This document shows positions 51,836-64,000 of a DNA stretch of 64,000 nucleotides, piece by piece. The stretch comes from Octopus sinensis (taxonomy: Eukaryota), in assembly GCF_006345805.1 (NCBI RefSeq), contig NC_043010.1:7068001-7132000 (forward strand). The letters run 5' to 3'. The notes below the pieces were generated by a model. The model was not told where the DNA came from. It searched no databases and saw only the letters and a list, made by a program, of their open reading frames with translations. The position numbers and the translations under genes are program-made. The number at the start of each line of letters is the position of its first letter. The first letter of the stretch is position 1.

Positions 51836-54265
51836 CTGAAAACTTCCTCCTCGACTGGTAGAACAATACATTCCTGAAAGTGAATTTTTTTTGTATGGTA
51901 ATGCATACTCAGGATGAGATTGTCTTCCTAATCCAGAGGGCAGAGAGCTCCGATTCTTGCTAAAAGATGTTGCCACGGGGACGGGGACATCATACTGAAG
52001 TGTCATTTGTTCACTATCATATCCAGGCTGTCTACTGGCACTCATACTTTTGTTAGCAGTATTTACGTTTGCTCTGTAATTTGTATTTCTCTGGTGGTTT
52101 CTCCGTACAATACACACTGTTATCGACACTACTGTGGCTACTGATACTATCACAGCTGCCAATAATATAATTATTACAAGATTAATGTGGATTTTATCAT
52201 CTGATTTGGTATCTGGTGGAGTTAACATTTTAGATGTCTTATTACTAACTGTAAGCGTCAAGGATAAAGTAGTCACTGTTGATAAAACTGGGATACCACT
52301 ATCCTTGACTATGAATTTCAAATCATATGATCCAGCATCATTTTGGTAAACTGTTCGAGAGAATGACAATACACCCGTGTAAGGATTAATGGTAAATAAT
52401 TGCTTGTCGTTACCACCTAAAATTTCATATCTGAGAAAAGCATTCACATGACTGTCCCTGTCTGAGGCTCTCAAAACAGTAATATCTTTTTTACTCTGTG
52501 GATGGTAATAAATATCCAAGCTGAAGGGGTTAACACTAGGAAATGTAAAATATGGGGCATTGTCATTTTTGTCCATGACTTCAATGATGACATTGGCTGT
52601 GTTGTTTAATGACGGTGTTCCATTGTCTTTGACAAAAACTTGAAAATGGTATATTTCTTGTTGTTCTCGATCCAGTGATTGTGTTGTTGAAATAAACCCA
52701 AAATTAGAAATTTCAAAAGGAAGTACATGCTTGTTTTTATCTAATAAAGAGTATGATAGTTGCCCTCCTTCCCCAAGGTCTTGATCTGTCACATTAATGA
52801 AACCAATAGGGAAGAATGGCTTCTCATTTTCATAAGTTAGAAATTTAAACAATTCTTTTGAAAAATGAGGTTGTACATCGTTAATGTCCATTACTTGGAT
52901 GGAAAAATTTCTTTCCGTTTTCAAAGATGGAAATCCTTTGTCTTGGCAACTAATTGTAAAATTGATATAACTTTCAGTTTCTCGATCCACTGGATTCTTG
53001 ACAACAACTTTATATTTCATTTTTCCAAGACTCTGCAGCAGAAACTTATCATGTTTAAGGTCACAAGTAACTTCTCCATTCTGTCCGGCATCATTATCTG
53101 TTACTTTAACAAAAGCAATAAAACTGCCAACTTTAATCCCTTCTGAAAACCTTGCTGTTATTCCTGTTGATTTGGAAACAAATTTAACATCAATCTGTGG
53201 TGGATTATTCTGTTGGTTTAGAACATTCACTAAAACTGTTGCAATGGAGCTCAGGGGTGGACTACCATTATCTGTAGCTTCAATAAATAATTTGTATAGA
53301 AGTTTTTTTCGTTGACCAAATGTTTTTACTAAAAATATCTCTCCTGTATTTTCATTCAGTGCAAAATTTGATTTAGCTGCATCTGATGTTTTAGAACTGA
53401 AATAGTATGAAACTTGGCCATTTTTGCCTGAGTCTAAATCACTGGCAGACACTTGTGCAACCCGCATATCTTTGTGATAGCCATTATTTACAGAAACATT
53501 GTATAAATTCTGAGAGAAGTGAGGTGGGTTGTCATTGACATCAGTAACTGTAATAAGAACGTTTAAATGACCTTCTTGAGGTGGGGAGCCACCATCTCTG
53601 GCAATAACTTTTAACATGTAAGTGTCCTTTTTTTCTCTGTCTAATTTATTTTCAAGAGTAATTCCAAGTGAAGAGGATCCATCCACTCGTTTTGATTCAG
53701 ATAAAGTGAATGGATCACCATCATGCTTTTCTAACTGGTAGGTAATCTGAGAATTTATAACTCCAACGTCCTTGTCAATAGCATTAGGTATTGATTTTAT
53801 CATTCCTTTTCCATCACCTTCGTCAAATTGAAGATTGATCTGTTTTTTGGGGAATACAGGTTTATGATCATTAGCATCTTCAATAATTACTTTGATTTCT
53901 AATAACTTGATAAAAGATTCTTCCTTTTGAACAGCTACATCAACCATTCTGAAACATTCAGTGTTGTATTTACAGAGGGATTCAGCATCTAACTTTTGGC
54001 CAGTATACAATTTTCCTGATTTAAAAACTGTAAATAATTGATTGCTACTGTTTACATCTTGTTCTAACTGGCTGAAGCTGACCAAACCTAATTCTTCAAT
54101 TAGAACATTGTTTATCAAATGAACATCGGAACCAATGTCCCCTACATAAGTGCCTGAGTTTTGACCTTCTTCTACATGATATATAAAGTCCACACAGCAA
54201 GACTTATGTAACAAAAACAACACCAGACAGACTTGTGTTAACATGCTTCTAAGATGAGTCTTCAT
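51836..54265 (-). CDS. Pcdh: Protocadherin, large coding exon (signal peptide, EC1-EC6, TM, proximal cytoplasmic tail)
   Basis: Within the 918-aa ORF: six cadherin repeats (DANDHKP, DVNDNPP, NQQNNPP, DINDVQP, DKNDNAP linkers; LDRE; DxD; DxGxP), EC1 C-x5-C (CKYNTEC), and hydrophobic TM INLVIIILLAAVIVSVATVVSITVCIV. Pyrimidine tract/CAG acceptor with first exon base 54314; first ATG 54265 (alternative 54244); CAG|GTAAGT donor after 51836, phase 0. Confidence 0.96.
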
Positions 54266-54405
54266 CGGCGACCAACAGGCAAAGTTTTGTTTTAAGTTGT
54301 AAATTGAAATAATTCTGAAATAGAAAAAGAAAAACATGACAATTTATAAAGATAATTTGTATTCAAATCACTAATATTAGACATTCAAATGTATTTGAAG
54401 TGAAG

Positions 54406-54414
<9 letters not shown>

Positions 54415-54448
<34 letters not shown>

Positions 54449-54800
54449 TATATTCTTATCAGCTTATCAGCTTATCACATATTTATGTGTGTGTATGTAT
54501 GTATGTATGTATGTATGTGTGTATGTATGTATGTATGTATGTATGTATGTGTGTGTATGTATGTATGTATGTATGTATGTATGTATGTATGTATGTGTGT
54601 GTATGTATGTATGTATGTATGTATGTATGTAGGTATGTATGTATGCATGTGTGTGTGTGTATGTATATATTATTGTGGCGTACGTACACCTTATTCTCTT
54701 ATATATATATATATATATACATATATGGTGGTGCCCCAGCATGGCTGAAACGTATAAAAGAATAAAAGATTTTATATACACATACACATACACACATATA
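54415..54800. repeat. (CA)n and (TATG)n microsatellites just upstream of the Pcdh exon
   Basis: Direct inspection. Confidence 0.92.
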
Positions 54801-55534
54801 TGTACATGTGTGTGTGTGTTTGTGTGTATCTGAGAATGTCTGTGAATGCCCAGCTTTCACTGATGCTTATTGGCAAAGGATATGAAGACTGTTGTTGAGA
54901 AAAATGCAATCTTAACAAATGGCACTTTATGAACAAAATTCCTTGAAATATTTGTTTTGCACTGAGCAGCACCATTAAAAAAAAAATCAGTGAACCAGTG
55001 ACTGCTCCATTCGAAACCTGTAAGCAATGATGTTATCATCAATTACAATAGCAAATAGTTACAATGTAGAATAAGTTTTTCTTCAGAAATATCAGACGGA
55101 CCCACATCATGGTAAGAAGTGCAAAGGAGGGCAGCCTTGTCCATTTAATCCCTTCACCAGGACTGATTCCAAACACAGGGTCCAGTTATGAACCGAAAAT
55201 AAATATGCATTAATGCTAATGGCAGTGTCCCAACAGGACCATCACCTCTGGTTGAAACTGATAAAAAAAATAATTAGAAATAATTCATCACAAAATAAAA
55301 CTGTAACACAGCTCATTGACAGCCTTTATTTGTTATTGTTTAAGCCAAGATCAGTTATGACTGAGCAAGTTTGTGATTATAAAGCATCCCAACCATGGCC
55401 ATCCAGTTTTTTGTGCGGCAGGAACTACATTGTCTTATGCATCATTCTATATTTAACCCTCTTAATACCAACCTGCCTGAGATTGAACCATGCTTTACGG
55501 TACAAGCTTCATATTCTAAAGTATTCTAACTTAA

Positions 55535-55755
55535 CCCTTTAGTGTTTAAACCGGCCATATCTGGCCCAGATATTCTACATGTTTTATATTCAAACTGGCG
55601 ATATCTAGCCTCTCACTCCTAACCTACATTGACATTCTGAAAATAAACAATCACATCATTGAAACCTCAAAAGCTATAAGATAATGCATGATTAATTCGA
55701 AACAATTTGAGTGAAAAGGTATTACATTTAACAGAGTAATCTGAACACTAAAGGG
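55535..55755. mobile_element. TTAA MITE type 2 nested in a diverged type 1-like element starting at 55457
   Basis: CCCTTTAGTGTT/AACACTAAAGGG TIRs with TTAA on both sides. Confidence 0.85.
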
Positions 55756-56228
55756 TTAAAACTGAACATCAAAATTCCATGTTAATTTATTTTGTGAACC
55801 CCAGCTTAATAATGATAATGTTATTTTATGAAATTCTTCATTATTTTAATATCGAAGTGGAAAAAAACTAAATATATTCCAACAGAAATACGATGTTGAA
55901 AGTATTAAGACATGAAGGTGAAATGTGAGGGAAATTTTGCTGATATTTCTTGCAGGCCATTCAGGAAGCCTCTAGATGCAATTATGTAGAGGCTTCCTCT
56001 GCAGGCCTGCAAAATCTGAGAATTACTAAATGGAAATCTTGATAATATTTTTGATATGTTAACAGTTATCATAATACTTTGAAATGGTATATATATATGC
56101 ATACTATCAAATATCGAAGTAACTCTACGTAATCAAATTACAAATACATTCATTAACAAAAGAAACATTCATCAACTCATTCTCAGTTGGTGTGGGCATG
56201 GCTGGGTAGTTAATAAATTTGCTTTGAA

Positions 56229-56246
56229 AACATATATATATATATA

Positions 56247-56291
<45 letters not shown>

Positions 56292-56602
56292 CAATTAAGG
56301 ACAACTTCTTAATAAGGAATCTTAATAAGAAATTATCGGGTAGATAGCGTGAAAAACCTCATAAGAGAAAAATTTCGAAAATAATTTTTTTCTTATTGAA
56401 CATATTAATTTATATATAGAGGGCATTATTATACATAGATGCCACACGCTAAGAGGAACAAAAAGTCATTTCTACCAAAAATTTTACTAATCCCACCGAA
56501 TGCAATCTTTCAAAGCAAGACATTTAAAAAATATACATATATATATATATAATATATATATGCATATATACATATGTATGTGTGCATGTGCGTGTATGAG
56601 AG

Positions 56603-56634
<32 letters not shown>

Positions 56635-56635
56635 A

Positions 56636-56674
<39 letters not shown>

Positions 56675-56695
56675 AATATATATATATGTACACAA

Positions 56696-56772
<77 letters not shown>

Positions 56773-57085
56773 CAATTAAGGACAACTTCTTAATAAGGAA
56801 TCTTAATAAGAAATTATCGGGTAGATAGCGTGAAAAACCTCATAAGAGAAAAATTTCGAAAATAATTTTTTTCTTATTGAACATATTAATTTATATATAG
56901 AGGGCATTATTATACATAGATGCCACACGCTAAGAGGAACAAAAAGTCATTTCTACCAAAAATTTTACTAATCCCACCGAATGCAATCTTTCAAAGCAAG
57001 ACATTTAAAAAATATACATATATATATATATATTATATATATATGCATATATACATATGTATGTGTGCATGTGCGTGTATGAGAG

Positions 57086-57117
<32 letters not shown>

Positions 57118-57118
57118 A

Positions 57119-57157
<39 letters not shown>

Positions 57158-57178
57158 AATATATATATATGTACACAA

Positions 57179-57255
<77 letters not shown>

Positions 57256-57642
57256 CAATTAAGGACAACTTCTTAATAAGGAATCTTAATAAGAAATTAT
57301 CGGGTAGATAGCGTGAAAAACCTCATAAGAGAAAAATTTCGAAAATAATTTTTTTCTTATTGAACATATTAATTTATATATAGAGGGCATTATTATACAT
57401 AGATGCCACACGCTAAGAGGAACAAAAAGTCATTTCTACCAAAAATTTTACTAATCCCACCGAATGCAATCTTTCAAAGCAAGACATTTAAAAAATATAC
57501 ATATATATATATATATATATGCATATATACATATGTATGTGTGCATGTGCGTGTATGAGAGTATATACACACACACACACACACACACACAAATATACAT
57601 ATATATATATATATATACACACACAAATATATATATATGTAC

Positions 57643-57677
<35 letters not shown>

Positions 57678-57700
57678 TACATATGTATGCATATATCCAT
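56229..57700. repeat. Tandem triplication of a ~482-bp unit (unique segment plus microsatellite)
   Basis: gagcaattaaggacaac starts at 56289, 56770 and 57253 (periods 481 and 483). Confidence 0.95.
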
Positions 57701-58851
57701 ACATGTATGTATATGTGTGTGGGGGTGTATGAAATGCAACTCTATCTCTGAATTTATCTTAATGTTTGAAAACCAGTGATGGTTCATTTTCATCCCTGTA
57801 GTAGTTCGTCAAAAAACCAAAAAAATAAGTATGGATGGAAATTTGGTTGACCAAACACTCCAAATTGTTGCAAAACAATTGAGAACAGTAAAACAAAAGA
57901 AAATATTTTATTGAATGAACCAACCGGAAGCCTCTATATATTCACTCGGCCTGTCTAAATAACAGCCAAATCTCCCTCAAATCTCACATTACTGCCATGA
58001 TAAAATGGACGGATATGTTAGATAATGTTGTCTGGCTATACAAAAAGTTACTGTGGTAGCAGCTGGAGAGCCTTTTGATCACGTGTCTGCTTGATCAGAG
58101 CTGACCTGGGGTTAAACAACAACAGCCTTCAGTCAATCAATGAAGTAATATATTCTGTTAGAAAAGAAAATTATTGCAATTAAAGTAAAATTTCAGAATT
58201 TGTATGACAAATAGCAGAAGTAGGTAAATGATACTTTTTAACCTCAAATATTGCACTCAGTTCCACTCACCATCCAACAAAGAACTTTGAAACAAATCAA
58301 TATTTCTTGTTGTAACTCAATAAATGCTTCATATGTTGAAGCTACCATTCATGGGCAATGTTACGTTGAATAGGAACTGGTGGTGAGTGTTATTTTGAAA
58401 GAAGGATGGCTTCTGAAATGTTAAGGGGTCAAACACTACAAATTGACAAATGATAGCAAAATTGGAAATTTTCAAAGAATTTAATTCAACAAAAGAAAGG
58501 ATAATAAAAGATGTAATATCAAGGTAGAAAAATAGCAAATGTGCAGTTTCAGTTATTAATTCAGTGCTAATATAATTTGCATCTTGGAACTTTCATTGTT
58601 TCCACATAAAACCAACAAATGCAAAGAAAGAGAATAAATGTGAGTTTGAACTATATTTAGTTTAGTAATATTTAGGTTACTGTAAATAGGAAACACAGGT
58701 CCTCCACCTCTACTTTCATTCTCTCTCTGAACCAGTCTCTATCTCTGTCTCTTCCCCCTCTATCTTCCCCCCTCTCTCTCTCATAATGAGTTCATACATA
58801 CACCATACATACATGTATATGCATGTACATATGTATGATGAATGTATGTAT

Positions 58852-58889
<38 letters not shown>

Positions 58890-58892
58890 TTT

Positions 58893-59116
58893 ATTTATTG
58901 CCCACAAGGAGGTAAACATAGAGGGGACAAACAAGGATAGACAAAGGGATCAAGTCGATTACATCGACCCCAGTGCAAAACTGGTACTTTATTTATCGAC
59001 CCCGAAAGGATGAAAGGCAAAGTCGACCTCGGCGTTATTTGAACTCAGAACGTAACAACAGACGAAATACCGCTAAGCATTTCGCCCGGTGCGCTAACGT
59101 GTCTGCCAGCTTGCCA

Positions 59117-59119
<3 letters not shown>
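58893..59119 (-). mobile_element. SINE family B
   Basis: Reverse copy. Confidence 0.88.
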
Positions 59120-59165
<46 letters not shown>

Positions 59166-59181
59166 TATATATATATAATAT

Positions 59182-59228
<47 letters not shown>

Positions 59229-59246
59229 TATATATATTATATATAT

Positions 59247-59279
<33 letters not shown>

Positions 59280-59319
59280 GCATATACACACGCATATAAT
59301 TAATCATATATTTATATTG

Positions 59320-59758
59320 TTGTTTTTCGGGATGGTCATTCTTTTTTTTTCCCCACAAATAAACTCATGCACTATATATTTGTTCTTCACTTGTTTATTA
59401 CTGTTCTTATTCTAACTCATGTCCATTGTCTGGAAATCTTTTGTCACACATCTGTGACCTCCTCAGCGACACTTTCCATCTTCGTGTGTGCTCTTGCTCT
59501 GCTCATTCCTTTCGATACAGAATGGGAAATAAGTAGAGCAGGAGCACATATGAAGATGGAAAGTGTCACTGGGATAAGCAGAGTAAGACCACACACGAAG
59601 ACGGAAAATGTTGCTGAGGAGGTCACAGATGTGTGATGAAAGATGTCTTGGTCAACGGACATGAGTTAGATTAAGAACAGCAATAAAAGAGTGAAGAACG
59701 AATATATGGTGTGTGTGTTTATTTGACCCCCACCAAAAAAAAACAACCATTCAAAATA
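59320..59758. mobile_element. Palindromic element with twin CUGAGGA hammerhead motifs
   Basis: Imperfect inverted arms over 150 bp; CTGAGGA-G-GTCACA(GATG)TGTGAT-GAAA at 59614-59641, mirrored at about 59439-59466. Confidence 0.65.
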
Positions 59759-59889
59759 CAATATATGTTTCAACACACATCTTCAAATCAGGAATCTTGC
59801 AACACAAATTCATAAACGTGTATATATATATATATATATATAATTTGTCATACATTATACACATATAATATACAATATGCATGTATGTC

Positions 59890-60020
59890 ATCATCATCAT
59901 CATCATTATATTTACATTTGATTCTCCATGCTGAAATAGGTTGGGTGAAACATTATTAAGGTAAAGTTTCCATTGCTGGATGCCCTTCCTGTTCCCAACA
60001 CCCACCAGTTTCCAGGCAAG
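59890..60020 (-). mobile_element. RTE-type 3' end, diverged
   Basis: catcatcat..ccatgctg..ctggatgcccttcct blocks. Confidence 0.6.
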
Positions 60021-60244
60021 CAATTTTTTTTGTCATAGCAGGATATATTTACGTAGAAGATTCGAGATGGATAATGCTATTTCTACATTGTTGACTCTCA
60101 TTTAAAGTTATCACATGATGTCAATCAAGATATATATACACACACATACACACTCAATCACACACACATACATGCATATATGGTGAGAGAGAAAGAGAGA
60201 GTAGAAGTAGATAGGCAGACTGGCAGGGAGAAACAGAGAACTAG

Positions 60245-60248
60245 ACAT

Positions 60249-60297
<49 letters not shown>

Positions 60298-60355
60298 GAT
60301 AGATAGATAGATTAGATAGAGGGATAGATAGATAGATAGATAGATAGGTAGATAA

Positions 60356-60409
<54 letters not shown>

Positions 60410-60700
60410 GCATAAATACATACATACACACATACAGACATACATGCATACACACATACAAGTATTTATAAACATATATACATAAATTAATTTAATAATA
60501 TATATATATATGCATTATAATAAATATCTTATTAAATCATGTGTTAGTGTGGATATATTTAATATTCATTACACTAAATCATGTGTGTGCATATGTATGT
60601 ATGTATGTGTGTGTGTATGTATGTATGTATGTATGTATGTATGTATGTATGTATGTATGTATGTATGTATGTATGTATGTATGTATGTATGTATGTATGT
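60245..60700. repeat. (GATA)n and (TATG)n microsatellites
   Basis: Direct inspection. Confidence 0.92.
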
Positions 60701-61020
60701 GTGTGTCTGTGTATTCATTTCCAACAAAAGCTGAGAGCAAAGAACTGAGAAAATGAATAGGCATCAAAAGTATTGGCTGATTATGCCAGAGAGATACCAT
60801 GCTGTCATTGACATGTAGTGTTAATGGCTGATGGTACACTATGTGTAAATGTGGCCTGAATTGAAAGTAGAAGTTCTTTGTAGCGGAGATAAACTGTGAA
60901 ACACTTGAGAAGAAATCACATTCAGTGGTGTAGCACAGGATTTGGCCACTCTCTGTGGTAGCCAAACTGGTTGCCCTCTTCCTTCACTGTAACTTATCTT
61001 TGATTACAGCATATACACAT

Positions 61021-61424
61021 ATGCAGGAGTGGCTGTGTGGTAAGTAGCTTGTTTACCAACCACATGGTTCCGGGTTCAGTCTCACTGCGTGGCACCTTGG
61101 GCAAGTGTCTTCTACTATAGCCTCGGGTCGACCAAAGCCTTGTGAGTGGATTTGGTAGACGGAAACTGAAAGAAGCCCGCCGTATATATGTATATATATA
61201 TATATATATGCGTGTGTGTGTTTGTGTGTCTGTGTTTGTCCCCCTAGCATTGCTTGACAACCGATGCTGGTGTGTTTACGTCCCTGTCACTTAGCGGTTC
61301 GGCAAAACAGACCGATGGAATAAGTACTGGGCTTACAAAAGAATAAGTCCCGGGGTCGAGTTGCTCGATTAAAGGCGGTGCTCCAGCATGGCCGCAGTCA
61401 AATGACTGAAACAAGTAAAAGAGA
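61021..61424 (+). mobile_element. SINE family A
   Basis: Full-length copy. Confidence 0.92.
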
Positions 61425-61500
61425 ATATAGAAAAGTGGCTGCCTTATGTGGTCCATAGACACCCCACCACTACTATGTCAGTGCATATGTTCATATATAT

Positions 61501-61823
61501 AAGAGGTTCTCAACCATTTTTCACCTACGGACCCCTTTGATACTAGTTTGCTCTGTTGGAGCCCCGGAGCCCCCATAGCTATGTGATGCTCAAAAACTAG
61601 TTTTTTAGATACTTCTTTCAAAATTCCTTTTTTGTTTTTCACACATTAACTTGCTTAGGTTGAACTATGTAAAACGTTTGAGAAAGAAACCGAGTTGTTT
61701 CCTGGTATAAATACATCTAAAGCAAAATTCTTTCATGGACCCTTAAAATACTGCTGTGGATCCCTAATTTACTATTTCATATAGACCTCCTCGAGTCTTC
61801 CAGAACCTTGTTGAGAATCACTG
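61501..61823. mobile_element. hAT-like MITE
   Basis: Degenerate TIRs AAGAGGTTCTCAAC / GTTGAGAATCACTG. Confidence 0.6.
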
Positions 61824-61904
61824 ATATCTAGGAACAGAATCTGAAACCTATACAAAGACCTAATAAGTTTGAAAAATAGTTTATAAGTGATATGACTGAT
61901 ATAC

Positions 61905-61945
<41 letters not shown>

Positions 61946-61948
<3 letters not shown>

Positions 61949-62123
61949 GGAATAAACACATAAATGTGAAACAAGGTGGAAAAAAGGGTACTCAAATACC
62001 AGTGGTAGAGTAATATGCTTTATTTAAAGCAGCAGAAAATTCAACAGCAAAAACTGTCCGACGAATGGGAATGTGAAACTCAGAGTAACAGGTTTTGTTG
62101 AATTTTCTGCTGCTTTAAATAAA

Positions 62124-62124
<1 letters not shown>
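61946..62124. mobile_element. (TA)n-flanked inverted-repeat element with a hammerhead motif in its loop
   Basis: 29-bp perfect IR 62018-62046 / 62096-62124 enclosing CTGT-CCGACGA-ATG(GGAA)TGT-GAAA-CTCAGAG-TA-ACAG. Confidence 0.65.
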
Positions 62125-62158
<34 letters not shown>

Positions 62159-62327
62159 AGGAAAAATATCTGTGTAAGTTTGTGCATATGCATATACACA
62201 TATTTATATCACTAAATTTCTTACGTCAACATTTCTTAGAAGATTTTATACTATTTTTTTTTATATATGTAAGCATATATTATTATATGAATGCTTGGAT
62301 GCTGTTGTTTTTATGTGTAAAATGCAA

Positions 62328-62364
<37 letters not shown>

Positions 62365-62672
62365 AATAAAGGAAAAGTAAAACAGAACTAATCGCTATGT
62401 GTAGTCATATTCAGAAATTTCTATTGTATTTTGGGGGTGGGGGTGACAGACAAATCACTGGTGATGTCAGACATCATATGACAGTCAGCCATCTTGTTTA
62501 TTGCTTTTTCAACCATTGCAGGAGTCCACTAAATATGGCTGTGTCCAATGAGTATCGAACATTAGCATGAAACCATGGTACAGATATAATATCACATGCT
62601 AAATGCTTATGTGTGCACACACACATGCACACATGCATGCACAACTCCCCACTTATATATATATATATATAT

Positions 62673-63058
62673 ACTCTTTTACTTGTTTCAGTCATTTGAC
62701 TGCGGCCATGCTGGAGCACCGCCTTTAGTCGAGCAAATCGACCCCGGGACTTATTCTTTGTAAGCCCAGTACTTATTCTATCGTTCTCTTTTGCCGAACC
62801 ACTAAGTGACGGGGACGTAAACACACCAGCATCGGTTGTCAAGCAATGCTAGGGGGACAAACACACACACACACACATACACATATATACATATATACGA
62901 CAGGCTTCTTTCAGTTTCCATCTACCAAATCCACTCACAAGGCATTGGTCGGCCCGGGGCTATAGCAGAAGACACTTGCCCAAGATGCCACGCAGTGGGA
63001 CTGAACCCGGAACCATGTGGTTGGTTAGCAAGCTACTTACCACACAGCCACTCCTGCA
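62673..63058 (-). mobile_element. SINE family A
   Basis: Full-length reverse copy. Confidence 0.92.
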
Positions 63059-63209
63059 CCTATATATATATATATCTGTATATTTATATTGATATACATG
63101 TGCAAATGAATATACATAAATCATTATTTCAACATGTTTTTGAATGCTGGCATTGGTTAATATGAGTGTCGTTGTCTCCTTTCTTAATTAATTAAGTACA
63201 AAAAAATAA

Positions 63210-63650
63210 CAGGCATAGCTATGTGGTTAAAAAACCTGTTTCACAACTGTTAGCTTTGGTTTGGTTCCAATCCCTCAATGAAGTACCTTGAACAAGTGTC
63301 TTGTGTTATAGGTTTGGACTGACCAATGCCTTGAAAGTGAATTTGATTGATGGAAACTGTATGGAAGCCCATTGTATGTATGTGTGTGTGTGTGAGAGTG
63401 TGAGTGTGTGTGCATATGTTTGTGTGTGTGTCTTAGTGTGTGTGTGAGTCTGTCACCTACCTACCTACTGCTTGACAATTGGTGATAGTTTGATAATGTC
63501 CACATAACATTGTGGTTCAGCAAAAGAAATTGACTGAATAAATATGAGACTTTGAAAAATAAATATTGGGGCCAGTTTGCTTGACTAGACCCTTCAAGGC
63601 AGTGTCCCAGCATGGCTGCAGTCCAATGACTGAAACAAGTAAAAAATTAA
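63210..63650 (+). mobile_element. Older diverged SINE A-related copy
   Basis: Same block order; gactgaaacaagtaaaa tail. Confidence 0.75.
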
Positions 63651-63875
63651 AAGATATCTTTCTGAAACATTGAGACTCCTTTATTATAAACTACAGTTTT
63701 GTTATCCTATAATTTGCATTATGTAATAATCAATTGAAATTCTTATTCATTTAAACATGTTACACCCTAATTATGAAATTATCAAAAGTAGTGAATATAT
63801 AACCTCATTAAGGGCAATGTATTGGACTCTGTCTTCAAAATAATGTCATATCTAATTTGATATGTCTCTCTAGAC

Positions 63876-64000
63876 CAGTGGTTTTCAACCAGGGTTCCTC
63901 AGAACCTTAGGGTTCCGCCAGTACAATCCAGGGGTTCTGCAAGAAGTTTCAAAACTGCTAAAATCGGCAGTAATTTTTAATTCTCCTGTGCAGATATGTG
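63876..64000. mobile_element. hAT-like MITE left end (truncated by the window edge)
   Basis: CAGTGGTTTTCAACC terminus. Confidence 0.5.

Noticed and set aside
54266-54337. ORF start MFFFFYFR at 54337
   Set aside because: The ATG lies in the polypyrimidine tract upstream of the acceptor at 54315; the signal peptide follows ATG 54265 or 54244.
56289-57700. CRISPR-like repeat-spacer array
   Set aside because: Eukaryotic context, 482-bp period, no unique spacers and no cas genes.
60803-60844. Hairpin taccat...atggta
   Set aside because: About 17 bp with a bulge and a mismatch, and no basal stem.

Overview
AT-rich animal genomic DNA, saturated with microsatellites, tRNA-derived SINEs and MITEs. 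The repeat families and the protocadherin type point to an octopus genome (inference). One protein-coding gene is supported: a minus-strand six-cadherin-repeat protocadherin. Its large exon (54265-51836) encodes signal peptide, EC1-EC6, TM and proximal tail; probable tail exons lie at 43827-43683 and 27557-27306. Nearly all other listed ORFs are microsatellite or SINE artefacts. The most notable non-gene signal is a set of short non-coding elements inserted in or beside (TA)n tracts, often arranged head-to-head as palindromes, carrying minimal type-I hammerhead-ribozyme folds with variant cores. One has a G3:C8 compensatory swap (38791-38840, mirrored at 38717-38766). Also found: a 41-bp strand-biased pri-miRNA-like hairpin (19645-19738), a CpG-rich promoter-like island (16.4-17.5 kb), nested TTAA MITEs, a ~482-bp tandem triplication, and LINE and Helitron relics. 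All structures and translations were read by eye; nothing was computed or searched, and repeat boundaries are approximate.
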